Source: Asterias rubens
Lineage: Eukaryota
NCBI RefSeq assembly: GCF_902459465.1
Contig: NC_047080.1
Coordinates: forward strand, 11,532,001 to 11,596,000
Length of the DNA stretch: 64,000 nucleotides
Direction: 5' to 3'
Below, piece by piece: positions 27,386 through 40,200 of this stretch. Made by a program: the position numbers and the translations under genes. The notes beneath the pieces were generated by a model. That model had not been told where the DNA came from. It did no database searches and saw only the letters and a program-made list of their open reading frames with translations. The number at the start of each line of letters is the position of its first letter. Position 1 is the stretch's first letter.

Positions 27386-27772
27386 TTAAAGGCAGTGGAC
27401 ACTATTGGTAATTACTCAAAATAATTATTGGCATAAAACCTTTCTTGGTGACGAGTAATGGGGAGAGGTTGATGGTATAAAACACTGTGAGAAACGGCTC
27501 CCTCTGAAGTGCCATGGTTTTCGAGAAATAAGTAATTTTCCACGAGTTTGATTTCGAGACCTCAAGTTTAGAACTTGAGGTCTCGAAATCAACCATCTAA
27601 ACGCACACAACTTCGTGTGACAAGGGTTATTTTTCTTTCATTATTATCTCGCAACTTCGATGACCGATTGAGCTCAAATTTTCACATGTTTGTTATTTTA
27701 TGCATATGTTGAGATACACCAACTGCGAAGGCTAATCTTTGACAATTACCAATAGTGTCCAACTGCCTTTAA
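27386..27772. mobile_element. TTAA-flanked MITE family A, full copy (Kolobok/T2-like termini)
   Basis: TTAA-AGGCAGTGGACACTATTGGTAATT ... AATTACCAATAGTGTCCAACTGCCT-TTAA, 387 bp, non-coding. Confidence 0.85.
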
Positions 27773-28826
27773 TATTACACAGGTGAAGAACGTGGTCTTT
27801 ATTGAGTGCAAATCTATCATTGTGTACTGTAACAGCAGCAACAAGAAATTCTTTAATATAAAGCAATACTTTTGTAAATAATTGTTCACCTTCAAGTGAG
27901 AGACAAAAATGGCATTTGAAAATATTTTTACCACTGTTCATATTAAATCCCTTGCTTGAACTTCTTCAAACATCGCAGAGGTCTTAAATCTGTGGCTAAT
28001 CACTTAGTCAACCCTTATTCCTCCATGGTCAACCGAGATAGAATCGATGCATGTACAATGGACATCAACAGTTGAATAACCTAGCTTTACTTCCACTGTG
28101 TAGGTCAAGATTTCAGCTACATGTACATTCATTGGTGATTGTAATTTGTGTAAGTCTCTTTAGTAACGAAATAAGGAATAAGGTCATTCACAAAATGCAG
28201 AAAGGTCTGAATCTTTGTTTTCGGTCACCCCCTTGAGAGCTGTTTGCGGCCGCTATGGGCATTTTGGTACAAGCCTAGAATGAGCAGCTTGTGGCTGCTT
28301 TTATCGGGTTAATTTATAGAGAAAATGTTAATGTGGACTGTGAGTACACTGTGCAAAAAATGAGAGACTTATTTATTGGGTTGCTTGCTACATGTATGCA
28401 TGCTATGTGGCAGTAAACTTCACTGAGGGAAATCCATAGGTCTCACAAACTCATATTTAATACACAAGAGTAGGCCAGTCGCATGTGTTGTAGTATCGCT
28501 GGTATCAGTTTGAAAGGGTTTTTCAATATCTTAGTTTGAAATTTTATAGTTAATGGATGTTTGATATTTGTTTCATTTGTATGTGCTTGAAGTTAAAGAA
28601 AGACGCTAGAATAAAACATCCTTTTCATTCAACAGCTAACACCTGTTATCTGCATAATTACACTTCAAAGAACTGGACTTTAATTGGATCATGCACAAAC
28701 TAGTAGAGCTGCTGACTGCCCCAGGCAGATTAACTGCTCATGTGCATAATGACCAAAGTAACTCAATGTAATACATCCAACTGGTTAAAAGGATTGGGTT
28801 TCTGACTATTTGGGACGAAACTTTGC

Positions 28827-29030
28827 AATAGACCGATCCACTAAGGGCCAAGCTTCGACCCATTGTGTATTGACCAATCACAACGCAACGAAGGTCCGAC
28901 ACTAAGGTCCGACATGCGTGCGCGTACATGCTTGGAGCGCGCAGCAGAGTTGTGCAGAAAGGCATTGAAGAGCCCCAGGTGTTCTTGCTCACACGTGCGT
29001 CGTGGGCGGAGCCTACTGGATCGGTCTATT
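28827..29030. mobile_element. AATAGACC-type MITE
   Basis: 14-bp perfect TIR AATAGACCGATCCA around a CpG-rich interior. Confidence 0.7.
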
Positions 29031-29779
29031 GAAGGCTCTGTACTAGGTTAATCCATGGAGGTAGATGCATCTAATCATTCCATTGAGGTTTGACCTCCAA
29101 GATTCTTCTATGCAAGTTTTTAGGGAAACCATGGAGGAAGATACTTCTACCTGAGGAAGGACGATACAACATTATTTGGGGAACTGGGGCATGGACTGGT
29201 GCAGTGCAGATCAGATTAGACATGTTTGCCTCCATTTTTATTGTGTTTCTAGCCCTTTTGGTGTACTACGTACGTATCTCAACTCAACCAGTTCATGGCT
29301 CAAGTCTCAACAAGCTGTAAGTTCATTCTATGGAAAATTAGTATAGTATCTAATTTACCTCACTGAGATGTCCCTTTTTGTCTATATTTATTAAAATGTG
29401 GTTGTCCATGACAGCTTAGTTTTTTAGTGAATGTTGTTGTGTTTTTTTGTCACTTCATGTTCAAATGAATTGAAAGTTAAACACAGACGTACGAGTTCCA
29501 CGTACCAACACCATGGCTTATCATCACCACCATCAAAGAATGTGTAAAGTAAAGTTAAATATTACCAAAAATATTACCACAAACAGGCATAATTCCATAC
29601 AATAGTATTAACTCATGCCATGCAACACGCAGCTTGCCTGCCGCGGGTATCACGCGTTCACTGTATACGTTTTCAGAACACAATTTTACAGTCGATACCA
29701 AAACTAGATAGATGACACAAGATGTAAACCCCCCAAAAAGGTTGCACAAACTCGACAGAAATATCGTCTCAAATCTTAC

Positions 29780-29874
29780 CTTCCATCTTCTTCGCCATAA
29801 TGTTCCCCAAGCACAAGGTCCCTGAAGCGATATCTTGGGGGTAGTGGGGGAACAATGTCGTATCCATCTGCCAT
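29780..29874 (-). CDS. KCNT2: First coding exon of a KCNT/Slo2 (Slack/Slick) sodium-activated potassium channel; rest of the gene not found in the window
   Basis: Translates [31 protein letters not shown](R), then a phase-2 donor AG|GTAAG. This matches the recalled vertebrate KCNT2 N-terminus [32 protein letters not shown] in motif and length (95 nt). The symbol is family-level; the gene is probably the pre-duplication KCNT1/2 orthologue. Confidence 0.85.
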
Positions 29875-30717
29875 TTCGGTCATTCGAAGTAAAGCCGTTC
29901 TACGGTATCACTGCCATGTTGAATTGAAAAAATTGACGTTTGGTTTGCACAAAATCCAATATCTGTTGAGCTTATAGGATGTGTTTATCTATTGCGCGCA
30001 TGCGAAGCAGTCTGATGGACTTTAATTCATGTGAGAGGGCGCTATTACTTTTCATTCTTAGAGAGGAGACGAGAGCAGACGACAATTTATTCCGTCACCC
30101 CCTAAGTTGGTAAAAAAATAACTTGGGGGGGGGGGGGGGGTGGGGGTGGGGGCGGGGGCGGTGGATTGCAAAAAAGGAGTTGATTTTTGAAGTGTTTTCC
30201 TGCCTACATTTTAATTGTTTAAAAAGGGCAGCAATTAAAATTTAGAAAATGTAGAAAGAAGCTCCAACTAGGTTTTAACATGACTTTTTATTCAAATTAA
30301 ACTCATAAGCCTTTTTGAGGTATGGCAGACACAATACTACAACACTGAAAAGTTGTGGTAAATTTGTGCATATTGACCATAGAAATAGAACGTATGTTAT
30401 TCAGTTAAGTGCGCATTTTTGGGCGACGCGGCGTTTACACGTAAACCTAATGACCACCAACATGCTGAGCGTGGCATCAGCTGCGACGTGTGACGCGTGC
30501 GTATCACATCGCCATACCTCAAAAAGGCTTATTCACTCCTCTATGTGATGTTTATTTCCAGGTACTATCAATTTATTTAATAGACCTTATTACCTCAAAT
30601 AAATCTAAATAAGTCCTGTTCTGGAAATGGTAATGTATTTTTTATTACATTTTTATTACAATTTTTGATACATTTTGTATTGTTCATATAAATTAATTAT
30701 CTATTATGATGTATGAA

Positions 30718-30923
30718 NNNNNNNNNNNNNNNNNNNNNNNNNNNNNNNNNNNNNNNNNNNNNNNNNNNNNNNNNNNNNNNNNNNNNNNNNNNNNNNNNNN
30801 NNNNNNNNNNNNNNNNNNNNNNNNNNNNNNNNNNNNNNNNNNNNNNNNNNNNNNNNNNNNNNNNNNNNNNNNNNNNNNNNNNNNNNNNNNNNNNNNNNNN
30901 NNNNNNNNNNNNNNNNNNNNNNN
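30718..30923. other. Assembly gap (206 N)
   Basis: Run of N; true distance and contiguity across it are unknown. Confidence 1.
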
Positions 30924-32182
30924 CATGATTGATTTCCCCTATTGGTCGAAAGGCAAATGTTGGAAGGGAAAAGAGAGTTCCCTTTTCCTTCTTACACCGT
31001 GGTCTTGTGACCAGTACATGTATTTTGACATGGAATGTAATAACAGAGAATCAAAATGAGGTAATAATTTTAGTGGCCAATTCATAATACATGATTGAAA
31101 TGTATTTAATTTATTTATCATAATTTGTCTTTTTAGTTCATTACTTTTTTTTATTGGGAGGGGGGGCTTGATGAGCAACCCACCCTCCTTCTAAAGCACA
31201 ACACGAAAAGAAGGTTTTTGGTATACTGGTGGTGGCAACATTTGGTAAAATATATTTTGATTTACATCTCTTCTGCATCCCGTTTCCAACTCAGCTAACG
31301 GCATAGTGGGATATGGGATATTTGGTATTCCACAAGCACGTGTAACAAATTTTCTCCTCCAGTCAACTTGATGGACAACCTAAAATCATGTGTTGTGCAG
31401 AGTTGGAACTACAAAGGTTGTGATAAGGGCTGTGCATTATGGGTAAATATCACACTCTTGTTTCTATGGATTGACCAATCAGAATCAAGGATTAAGTTTG
31501 CTTGTTGATAATTTTAGAACAGTAGACTGCAAACAGTTTACCAGAGTAATTTTTGTAATAAATCTTCAAAGTATATTTGTTTTTACGTGTTAGAATCAAG
31601 AACAGACATTACAATTTCCTAACCTGATGATAAAAAGCTTCACTTTATTTAAACTATTCATCTTAATAAAGCACTATATATATTTCTAAAAATAAAATAC
31701 ATAATTCTCAAATAATCTCACAAAATTAAAAGGCACCAAAGAATGTCTAACAAAATGGTGAACCTGTCAGAAAAATAATAACTATGCAGTCAAAGGCAAT
31801 TTGAATATTAAAAAAAAAATTGGTTGTCATTGTCTTTGGTTGATGAAAAATCGGCCATTCCAAACAGTTTCTTCAACATATTTTGTAGTTCCTACTTTTC
31901 TAAAACTTGTCATACACCTCTTAGATAAACATATTTCATCCCAATTTTGAGAGTGCTTTGTTTAACTTGTGTCCAAGTTTGTGTCCACAATTATCACGTT
32001 TTTCTTCAAAACATTGGGGAAGAACCTTGATGCTTTTGGTTTTTATTGGAAGTCAGTTTAGGTTTAACCACCACCACTTGTAATGTACATCGACTGTTTG
32101 CACCATAAAACAGAATAATTTTAAAGTTGCATTCTCAAGATGTTCTTAACTTCTTGAAGAAACTCATCACAGAATCTTGATC

Positions 32183-35100
32183 TCACAAACGAGAATTTGG
32201 GACTCGACGGAGGGCGGCTCTGATAATCCCATGAGGGTCGACTGTTGGCATCATGATCTACAGAAAGCATAAATATATTGTAAGCGGCGCCACAAACTGA
32301 CACAATAGTAAAAACTAGCAACCAAAGAAAACTAAAGCTTATTGCTTATTTTCAAACACGGCAATCCTTCAAAATGTCAGAGCATTTTCAACTACCTGTA
32401 GTTTTCTACAGTGAACACTTGATAAATGCACTGTTTTTGAATGTTTTACATCCAAAATTTAAAGGAACACGTTGCCTTGGATCGGTCGAGTTGGTCTTTG
32501 AAAAGCGTTCTGTAACCGTTTGTTATAAAATGCATATGGGTAGAAAGATGTTGTCAAAATAGAATACAATGATCTACACAAACATGCCTCGAAATTGCGC
32601 GGTTTTTTTTTACCTCGTCGACTAACACGGTCGGCCATTTATGGGAGTCAAATTTTTTACTCCCTTAAAATGGCCGACCGTGTTAGTTCATGACGTAAAA
32701 GAAAAAACGTGCAGTTTTGAGTGATACTTGTGTGGATCATTATATTCTACTTTTAAAACTTTTTCTAACCATATGCATTTCATAACAAACTGTTTCAAAC
32801 GATTTTTATAGACCAACTCGTCCGATCCAAGGCAAGTGTTCCTTTAAGAGAACTAAAGTAATAAAGTGTGTGCTATAAAGCATCAAAAATCTTATAAAAA
32901 TGTTTTTATCTTTGAGTATGTAAGAAAGTAGACCCCTTACATATGACATCACACTTTCAAAAATCGCCCTCACTGAGGTCAAAAAGTACACTCACTGAGG
33001 CCTAAAGAGGCGAATCATTTGACGATAGCTGTTCGCTGTGCGTAAAAACAAGAGTGGGGACTCAGTGTCCCAATAGCAATACGCAATATGAAAGGGTCTC
33101 TAGATGCATTGCAATACGCATCATCGACTGCCATCTTTGATGTATTAACAAGGGAAAAATACACGCACAGCTAGTACACGCGTGCACTTGTGCCTTGTTA
33201 ATACATCAAAGATGGCGGTCGATGATGCGTATTGCAATCCATCAATTGATCCAATGCTGTTCTTGGCACCTACCTCGTCATTATTCTCCATACCAATCTT
33301 CTTGAGGTCCGCAAGGAAGTAATGAACATTCGGCATCTCAAGCTCCACTTGATCAATCTGAATAAAGAGAAAAAATTTTCATTTCATATATTTTGGGTGA
33401 AAAGCAAACTTAGTCACTGCACAAGTCAAGAACCTAACGGAGAGAAGACATGGAATGACGTTTCAGTTTTGGTTAAACAATTGGGAAAGATTTTCTTGAA
33501 TGTTCTTTAAACCTCAGTAAAAGATGTTAATTTTACCTGATTAATTTTGGCCATCATCTTCTGAGCCGACAGATACAGAGTTTGTTGAACAGATGGGGAG
33601 AAGACACCAGTGCGCGGGGGACCAGCAAAAACATCTAGGATCGTGTTCTTACATGTCTCCCTGAAAACACAACACAACAAGATTAATTAGGATTTGAGTT
33701 TGTGCGTGGTGGAAAGAGAGGTTTGCAGTAACACAATGTGAATATCTTTTTTAAGTTGGGTTGGTTTTGAACAGAAAAGAATCCTTGGTTAACAATTTCA
33801 TAACCAAACCTACTCAAAAGAGATATACTTCAGCTTTCTTACCAGGCCTGGTCAAAGTTAATCCCAGAGATGTCTTTGTAGCACCACTTTCCAGAGACGA
33901 TGGTTGAAAAGATTCGATCCCAAGACTCGGGTAAGCTTGTGAATTTGTCTCTCACAAATCCAGCAAAACCCGACTTGGTTGTTTTGAGAATCGTCATACC
34001 CTTCAGACCTGCCCAGACAGTTGGAAGTCCTGCACAAAATAAACAGGGGGAAAAGTAGCTTAAAATTAATTGCAAAGGTGATCAACGAAACCGTAATCAC
34101 AAAGCTAGATCAGTTAGAAGAGAGCTGGCACAATTATTTGGAGGAGTCCGGTTCAAATCTCTTGTAAATTTTCTTGTTTACAAAATGTTGTAAATAAAAC
34201 TGCCACTTTTCCTTGTGGTTTATAACTTGATAATTCTTGAACTTCCTTGCAAGTTTTTTTTTTTTTAAGACTTTCTTTGCAAAGACTGTGAAACCCTGGC
34301 TGGTCTACTCATTTGAAAATATCTAACCATCCTGAGTCAGATGTTCTATTATTGCATTTTTCTTACCGTGCCGCTCCTGCCTGACCACACAGTAACGTGT
34401 AGCCTCTTGAGTCTGAATGAATGCATGGGCGTGCTGTTCACCCGACTGATCCATCCTTCTCCATGGAGCTTGTTCTATGTATATCTCTGCCCTGACGACT
34501 TGGCTGTACATCTTCAAGTAGTGCTGGCAAAGATCCATCGCAAACTGTTCTGGAGTTGTAATCTTGGGAGGATAATTCAAATACATTTCACCAAAATGAG
34601 TTAACCACAAACTAATTAAATTTGATGAAGTTTATTAGTTTTACATAAAATGAGTTGAATGAAGGGGCACAGCAATTTCCCTCTGGTAAGGGGCACCTCT
34701 AATGGAAAATGTCAATTTGCAAAAGCACAGGGCACCACAGCAAAAGCACAGGGCACCACAGCAAAAGCACAGGGCACCACAGCAAAAGCACAGGGTACCA
34801 CAGCAATTGCTGTGGGTGCTAATAATAATAATAATAATAACGAGGTCTTATAGAGTGCACAAATCCACAAAAGTGCTCAGGGCGCTATTACAGAGAAAAT
34901 TCAAACAAAAATAACAAAGAACAAATTAAATACAAAAGAATGGATCTATTGAAATGAGGTGTGTTTTGAGAGATGTTTTGAAAGAGTCCTGTGTGTTTTT
35001 TCGACGCCAGGTATCCTTTAAAATAGTGAAAATTTGTTTAAGTCTGAGACTTTGTTTAATTTCTTACCCCTTTCATCTTAGCCAGTGCAAAGATAGTATT

Positions 35101-35304
35101 TTTCTGCGAGTCTGTAGCAATAATATCACTGTTGTCACCATAAATAAAGCCCTTGTGTGTGGATAAGGACAAGTGTGAGTTGACAGAGAGCTCCTTAATC
35201 TCATGGGAATCACCAAGACGTCGGTGCTGCAACAGACGAACACAGTTCTTGCCGTAGTAAGTGCCTTCAGAGACAAACTCCATTCTTGGTCCTCCACTTG
35301 CCAT
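32183..35304 (-). CDS. UOX: Uricase (urate oxidase) copy A, 300 aa, with C-terminal PTS1 (SRL)
   Basis: Exons 35304-35068, 34562-34367, 34029-33843, 33660-33537, 33357-33274, 32257-32183 (903 nt). All introns are GT-AG with consistent phases. Motifs: YGKNCVR, DNSDIIATDSQKNT, LKTTKSGFAGF, FTSLPESWDRIFST, FSPSVQQTLY, MPNVHY; the protein ends VPNSRL*. Confidence 0.97.
32459..32847. mobile_element. TTAA-flanked MITE family B in uricase A intron 5
   Basis: TTAA-AGGAACACGTTGCCTTGGATCGGTCGAGTTGGTC ... GACCAACTCGTCCGATCCAAGGCAAGTGTTCCT-TTAA. A lone end occurs near 15545-15580. Confidence 0.85.
33108..33238. repeat. 46-bp inverted repeat (one mismatch) with a 39-nt spacer in uricase A intron 5
   Basis: ATTGCAATACGCATCATCGAC[T/C]GCCATCTTTGATGTATTAACAAGG at 33108-33153 and reverse-complemented at 33193-33238. 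Confidence 0.9.
34719..34802. repeat. 21-bp tandem repeat x4 in uricase A intron 1
   Basis: GCAAAAGCACAGGGCACCACA four times, with one substitution in the last copy. Confidence 0.95.
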
Positions 35305-37272
35305 AGTTTCTTTTTAATCTAAAATAAAAGTGCAAGTGGTTTGAATAAGAAAATCAGGAGTACCGACATGATGGCTGAACGACAGAAATAACACTTTTTG
35401 TTTTTACTTTATTGCGTGATTTGTCGTTTGAGTCGCACTTAAAATCTTAAAACAGTTGCACGAAGGAAATCACATGTCACACAAGAGAGACAACCTATAA
35501 AAAAAATGTATAAAGTTACTGACTCCATCTCACATCTGGTTTAAAACTACTCATGCTTGTTTGGAAAGAATTGTTTGCGATAACCTAACCCTCCTCCCGA
35601 CGGCCGCAGGAGGAGGGTTGCGTTATCGCAACTAATGGACATGACGAATGAAGGAAGAAATAGCAATGTCATTTAAATCTGTATGTTAACTATTCGTAGA
35701 ACCTTGTTGTCTAAAAATGGTGTTGTCCAGCGTGGCCCTTTATGTTTATTTTGGAATAGTCTAGATGACTCTTTTAAATCATTGCGTACTCTCTCAACTT
35801 TTACCAAAAAACTTAAACTCGTTTTCTTAATGAATACCAAGATTCTGATGTTATTTTTGTATGTAGAAATTGTAACAGCTTTATTTTCTGTCTTACACCT
35901 GTCAGTTTTGTCCTCACACGATGAAGTGCAAGTGTACTGTTATTTATTGTTTAAAAAAATAAAAGGATAGATATTTTTTGTTTTTTTTACATTTAGTTTT
36001 TGATTGTGAAAAATTTTCCCGACATCCTACTGAAAACACATGGCACCAGGATTTTTTAGATAAATTCATTAAAAATAATCACTCTGTTTAAATGAATGTT
36101 TCAGTTGTCTTACGTTCTTTTCGCTTCAAAATCAAATGACCTTCTTAGCAAACTACTCATCAACCTCCGTCGTCAGCAATGCAATGGTTCCCAGTCACGT
36201 AAGCACGACAACATTTTAACACGGGTACCATACCACAGTTGCCTATGAAATTTAGTTCGAAATAGTCGGGTGCCCCCAGAACATAATTATCAGAGTTATT
36301 TGGTAACCGTGGCGGGGCTATCAGGGGAGGGGCGGGGCTATCAGGGGAGGGGCGGGGCTATCGAGGGGGGTTGAAATTAACTTGTTTTAATTTCCTCCCA
36401 GAAGTTTTAATCAGAAATCATTTCATCATGCAAGGGAATCTATAGGCACCAATGCTTATTCGTTACCCACCACAGTACCATCACAACTGTGTTAATGACA
36501 GCAGTCACTTCTATGATATAGGACCTTCTGAAATCAATTCCAAAATGAGAAGCTCAACAAACTAGCCATCACAACCAACAAACACAATAAGATGAGCAAC
36601 CAACTCAAACGAAAACTTGTTATTTATTTATTTATTTAGATTAATCAAAAAAATTCTCCTCTGAAAAATTAAACAAAAATGCACCAAACCTTTATTTCAA
36701 AATTTAAAGTAAACATTAAGTTAAAAAAGTTCCAGACTGCTACCACCCACCCAAAGTGACCAACAAATTACAGAAATAATTCCCTTATGTTTCAAACATT
36801 TTAGAAAGAATCTACTAGGGTTGAAATGTGAGACAATTTTTAATTGTTGTATATATAATGGTAGTACATGTATAGTTTTTGAAACCATTTATAGTTTTCT
36901 ATATTTTGATAAACACAAAATGTACTTAGTTGAAAAGTATAGTTCAAACTGTTCAACCCAATAACCTCTCAAAACCAACTTAGCAGTAACACATCTCTAC
37001 TTTTTAGCTGAAAACAGCTACTTTTTAAAACATAAATTACAAATACAAATTCTGGAAATAATTACTGTAGCCCAAAGGCATACAGGAATTCAATTAAATT
37101 TGTTCATTCAAATGTTCACTAAAACATGACTATATCTGAAGAAAAATATGAGGGTTTTTTTAACAGGCAGGCAAAAAGATTTCAGAGTTCAGGGATTAAA
37201 AATTAAAGAATTCAGATTAAAGTCAGTAAAATGTATGCATCCATGAGAATTAGCACATAAGCATGGCAAACA

Positions 37273-40200
37273 TTATTTTATCCAAGCTGTAATTTGGTCT
37301 TTTTCAAACTGACGAGCTAGTTTCACAGACTCTGGATCAGCTGGGTTCGCTCCCCTAGGAAGAAAATATACAAAAGAAAAATTTGAATTAGACATCCAAG
37401 TACTTAAGTCTCTCTCAACAAATATGCAGTACAAAATCCACTCAGAATACATGGAGAATTCCCCCCCCCCCTGCTAGAAATATGACTCGGAAGCTTTGAA
37501 AAAGTCAATCATGCAACACTTGAATGGTACTTTGTTCAAACATGCTTTTAATGTTGTGTATTGAAAATATATATATTTCTCTGTATCTGATGGGAAAAAT
37601 ATTTTATACTTACAGATTCTGCATACTTTCAATAAAAAGTTTCAAGGAATGAATTTTCAAGTACCTGAGGTCTAAATGATGAGCACCGTCTGCAATTAAA
37701 TAAGCATCTAAGGATCCTGGTTTGGGACTTCGGAGTACCCCTCCATCTCGCCATGGATCCAAGGCACCGTTGCAGAAAACGATATTTGAAGCACTTTTAA
37801 TATCTGTGAACATCAAGAACATCAAATCAAGAAAAGGGATTATTTGCTGATTGATTAGATGAGTGCAAGAGCTTTCAAATAACACCAATTATTTATTTCT
37901 CACGATACAGATTTTTTAAGACACCGCATCACATTGATATAATTTGGAATTGAACAGTCTACAGTTTAACATGCCAGCGCTCAACCAACTGAGCTATCTA
38001 GCCCTACGTTAATAGCAGTCTCCCATTTTGTAAATATCTTTGTTCATGGGTGCCAGTTAGAAGTCATACAACAGTTAGCAGCCATATAGCTCAGATGGTA
38101 GAGTGCTGGCGCATTAAACTGGAGCTGGTTGGTTCAAACCCCACTTCGGTAAATTTGTCTTATCAACCCCAAATTATTTCAAATTCATCCAGTCAATTTC
38201 CCTTTTGATGTTCATGAATAACTTCACATAGTTATTAAAAAGAAGTGCCGCAAAAGGGGTTGTCACATTTATCCTGATCAAGATCAACACTGACTAACCT
38301 TCACCCCACATGATGACATTGAGCCATGTTGGTTTAGGTACAACGTTCCATTTTGCCTTGCAGTATGTCTCTCTCATCTCTAGTGTGAATGGTAACACGG
38401 GGAACATATCCGTCACATTGTTAGTGCCTCCTGGCAACGTAACCTCAGTGCAACCCTTAATGAACATAAACAATAAATGAAAGTTACACAAACAGCCTTG
38501 TCCCTATTTATGTTATGTTTGTCTGCCCCCAGGCATCCCAACATAAGCCTCTGCTTCTAGAGGATTTTGATTCATTCATTCATTCATTTTGATTAAGCTG
38601 AATAATGTGGCATTACAAGATAACAATATTGATAAAAATTGCAGAGATAAAATACACAAAAATTGCACCACCACTTATATAAGAAGTCGACAATAAGTAA
38701 AAATAAAGGATGCCTCCATACTTAATTTATTCCAGCCAGTGTAACCAATCCAAGGCTGAATGGAGAAAAAGTCAAATCTCTTTTTGATGGAATGAAAATA
38801 ACACCAGCCAAAGCATCTATGCCTACAAAGCACTAATAATTAATTTGATTAAAGATTAGTGCACCCTACCTGCCAGTCCCATGCTTTAGCGCTATTACCC
38901 AGTCCACAACCAGTAGGGTCAGTGCATTCAACATACTGGCTGTCCACATCCATACACTTCAGGGATCCTTTCGTACCATTGTAGAATAAACCTGCACATG
39001 AGGTATTTTGGGAAAGATATTTGTTTCAAGGGACGTTAGTAAATTTGTGTTTTTAAAGGCATTGGACACTATTGGTAGTTACTCAAATTGGTAGTTACTC
39101 AAAATAGCATTACATTGGTAATGAGCAATGGAGAGCTTTTGATATTGTGAGAAACGGCTCCCTCTGAAGTAACGTAGTTTTTAAGAAAAAGGTTATTTCT
39201 CACTTAATAAAAGACTTCAGGCCTGAAGCATTTTATTATAAACGCATCTGAAAGCACACAAAGTTGTGCAACCAGGGAGTTTTTTCTTTTATTGTTCTCG
39301 TGCAACTTCAATGACTGATTGAGTCAAAATTTTCACAAGCTTGTTATTCAATGTGTATGTTGAGATACACCAAGTGAGAATGCTAGTCTTTGATAATTAC
39401 CAAACGTGTCAAGTGCCTTTAAGAAGTCATGTGAAAGCTTGACGTAACAACAAACAGCCGGCACACATTACCGAATACCCTTGTTAATCTTGTGAAAAGT
39501 CCTAAAGACTAAGGGAATCCCAAACCTGCCAATCACATGCTTTTAATAGCGTCATTACCCAGTCCACATCCAGTAGGGCTACTGCATTCAACATACTGGC
39601 TGTCCACATCCATACATTGTAGAATAATCCTGCCCATGAGTTTTTTTAAAGATATTTATTTCACTGAACAAAAGTCAAAGGATTTAGGACAACGTAGATT
39701 TTTAACATGCTATAGGGCATGTCAATGTGAAATTTGATCTTGTAACCCATGTATGTAGAAAGAGTATGAGACATGACAGAGGGCCACTAGTTTACTTTTC
39801 TACCCTCAAAGTTCAAAAGAATATATTCAATATTCATTTCTTTGTGTTTGTTTTCTTTATTTTATTTTATTTGAAAAGCAGATTGAAGGGAAGCTTTGGC
39901 GTCTTCTCAATTCAGTACCGGTACGTGTCTGGAGTAAGGCCGGATGGCACTGCAATATGAGGGCTCAAGTTTAGCCATCAACCCAAATCAACTGCCACCA
40001 GGGGATGAAACAGGGTTACCTCCTTCACAGTGTGTAAGGATGTAGGCATGGGTATCATCCACTAGAAGCCTAGCTGGTAGAGCAGAGAATACTCTACCTT
40101 CCCAATTGAAAATGGCAGGCTTATAGGTTGCTTCAAAAAGCATGATACAAGAAGTGGACAAAGTCATCTACAAGCCAACAAACTGGGGAAAGTCTGTCGC

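Noticed and set aside
30693-31059. ORFs spanning the N run
   Set aside because: Artefacts of translating an assembly gap.
34341-34604. Antisense ORFs similar to each other (34341-34604 + and 48660-48932 -)
   Set aside because: They are shadows of the near-identical uricase exon 2 on the opposite strand.
36311-36368. GGCGGGGCTATCAGGGGAGG x2.7 as an Sp1 GC-box promoter cluster for uricase A
   Set aside because: It lies ~1 kb from the ATG and is a short perfect tandem duplication; there is no evidence beyond the motif itself.
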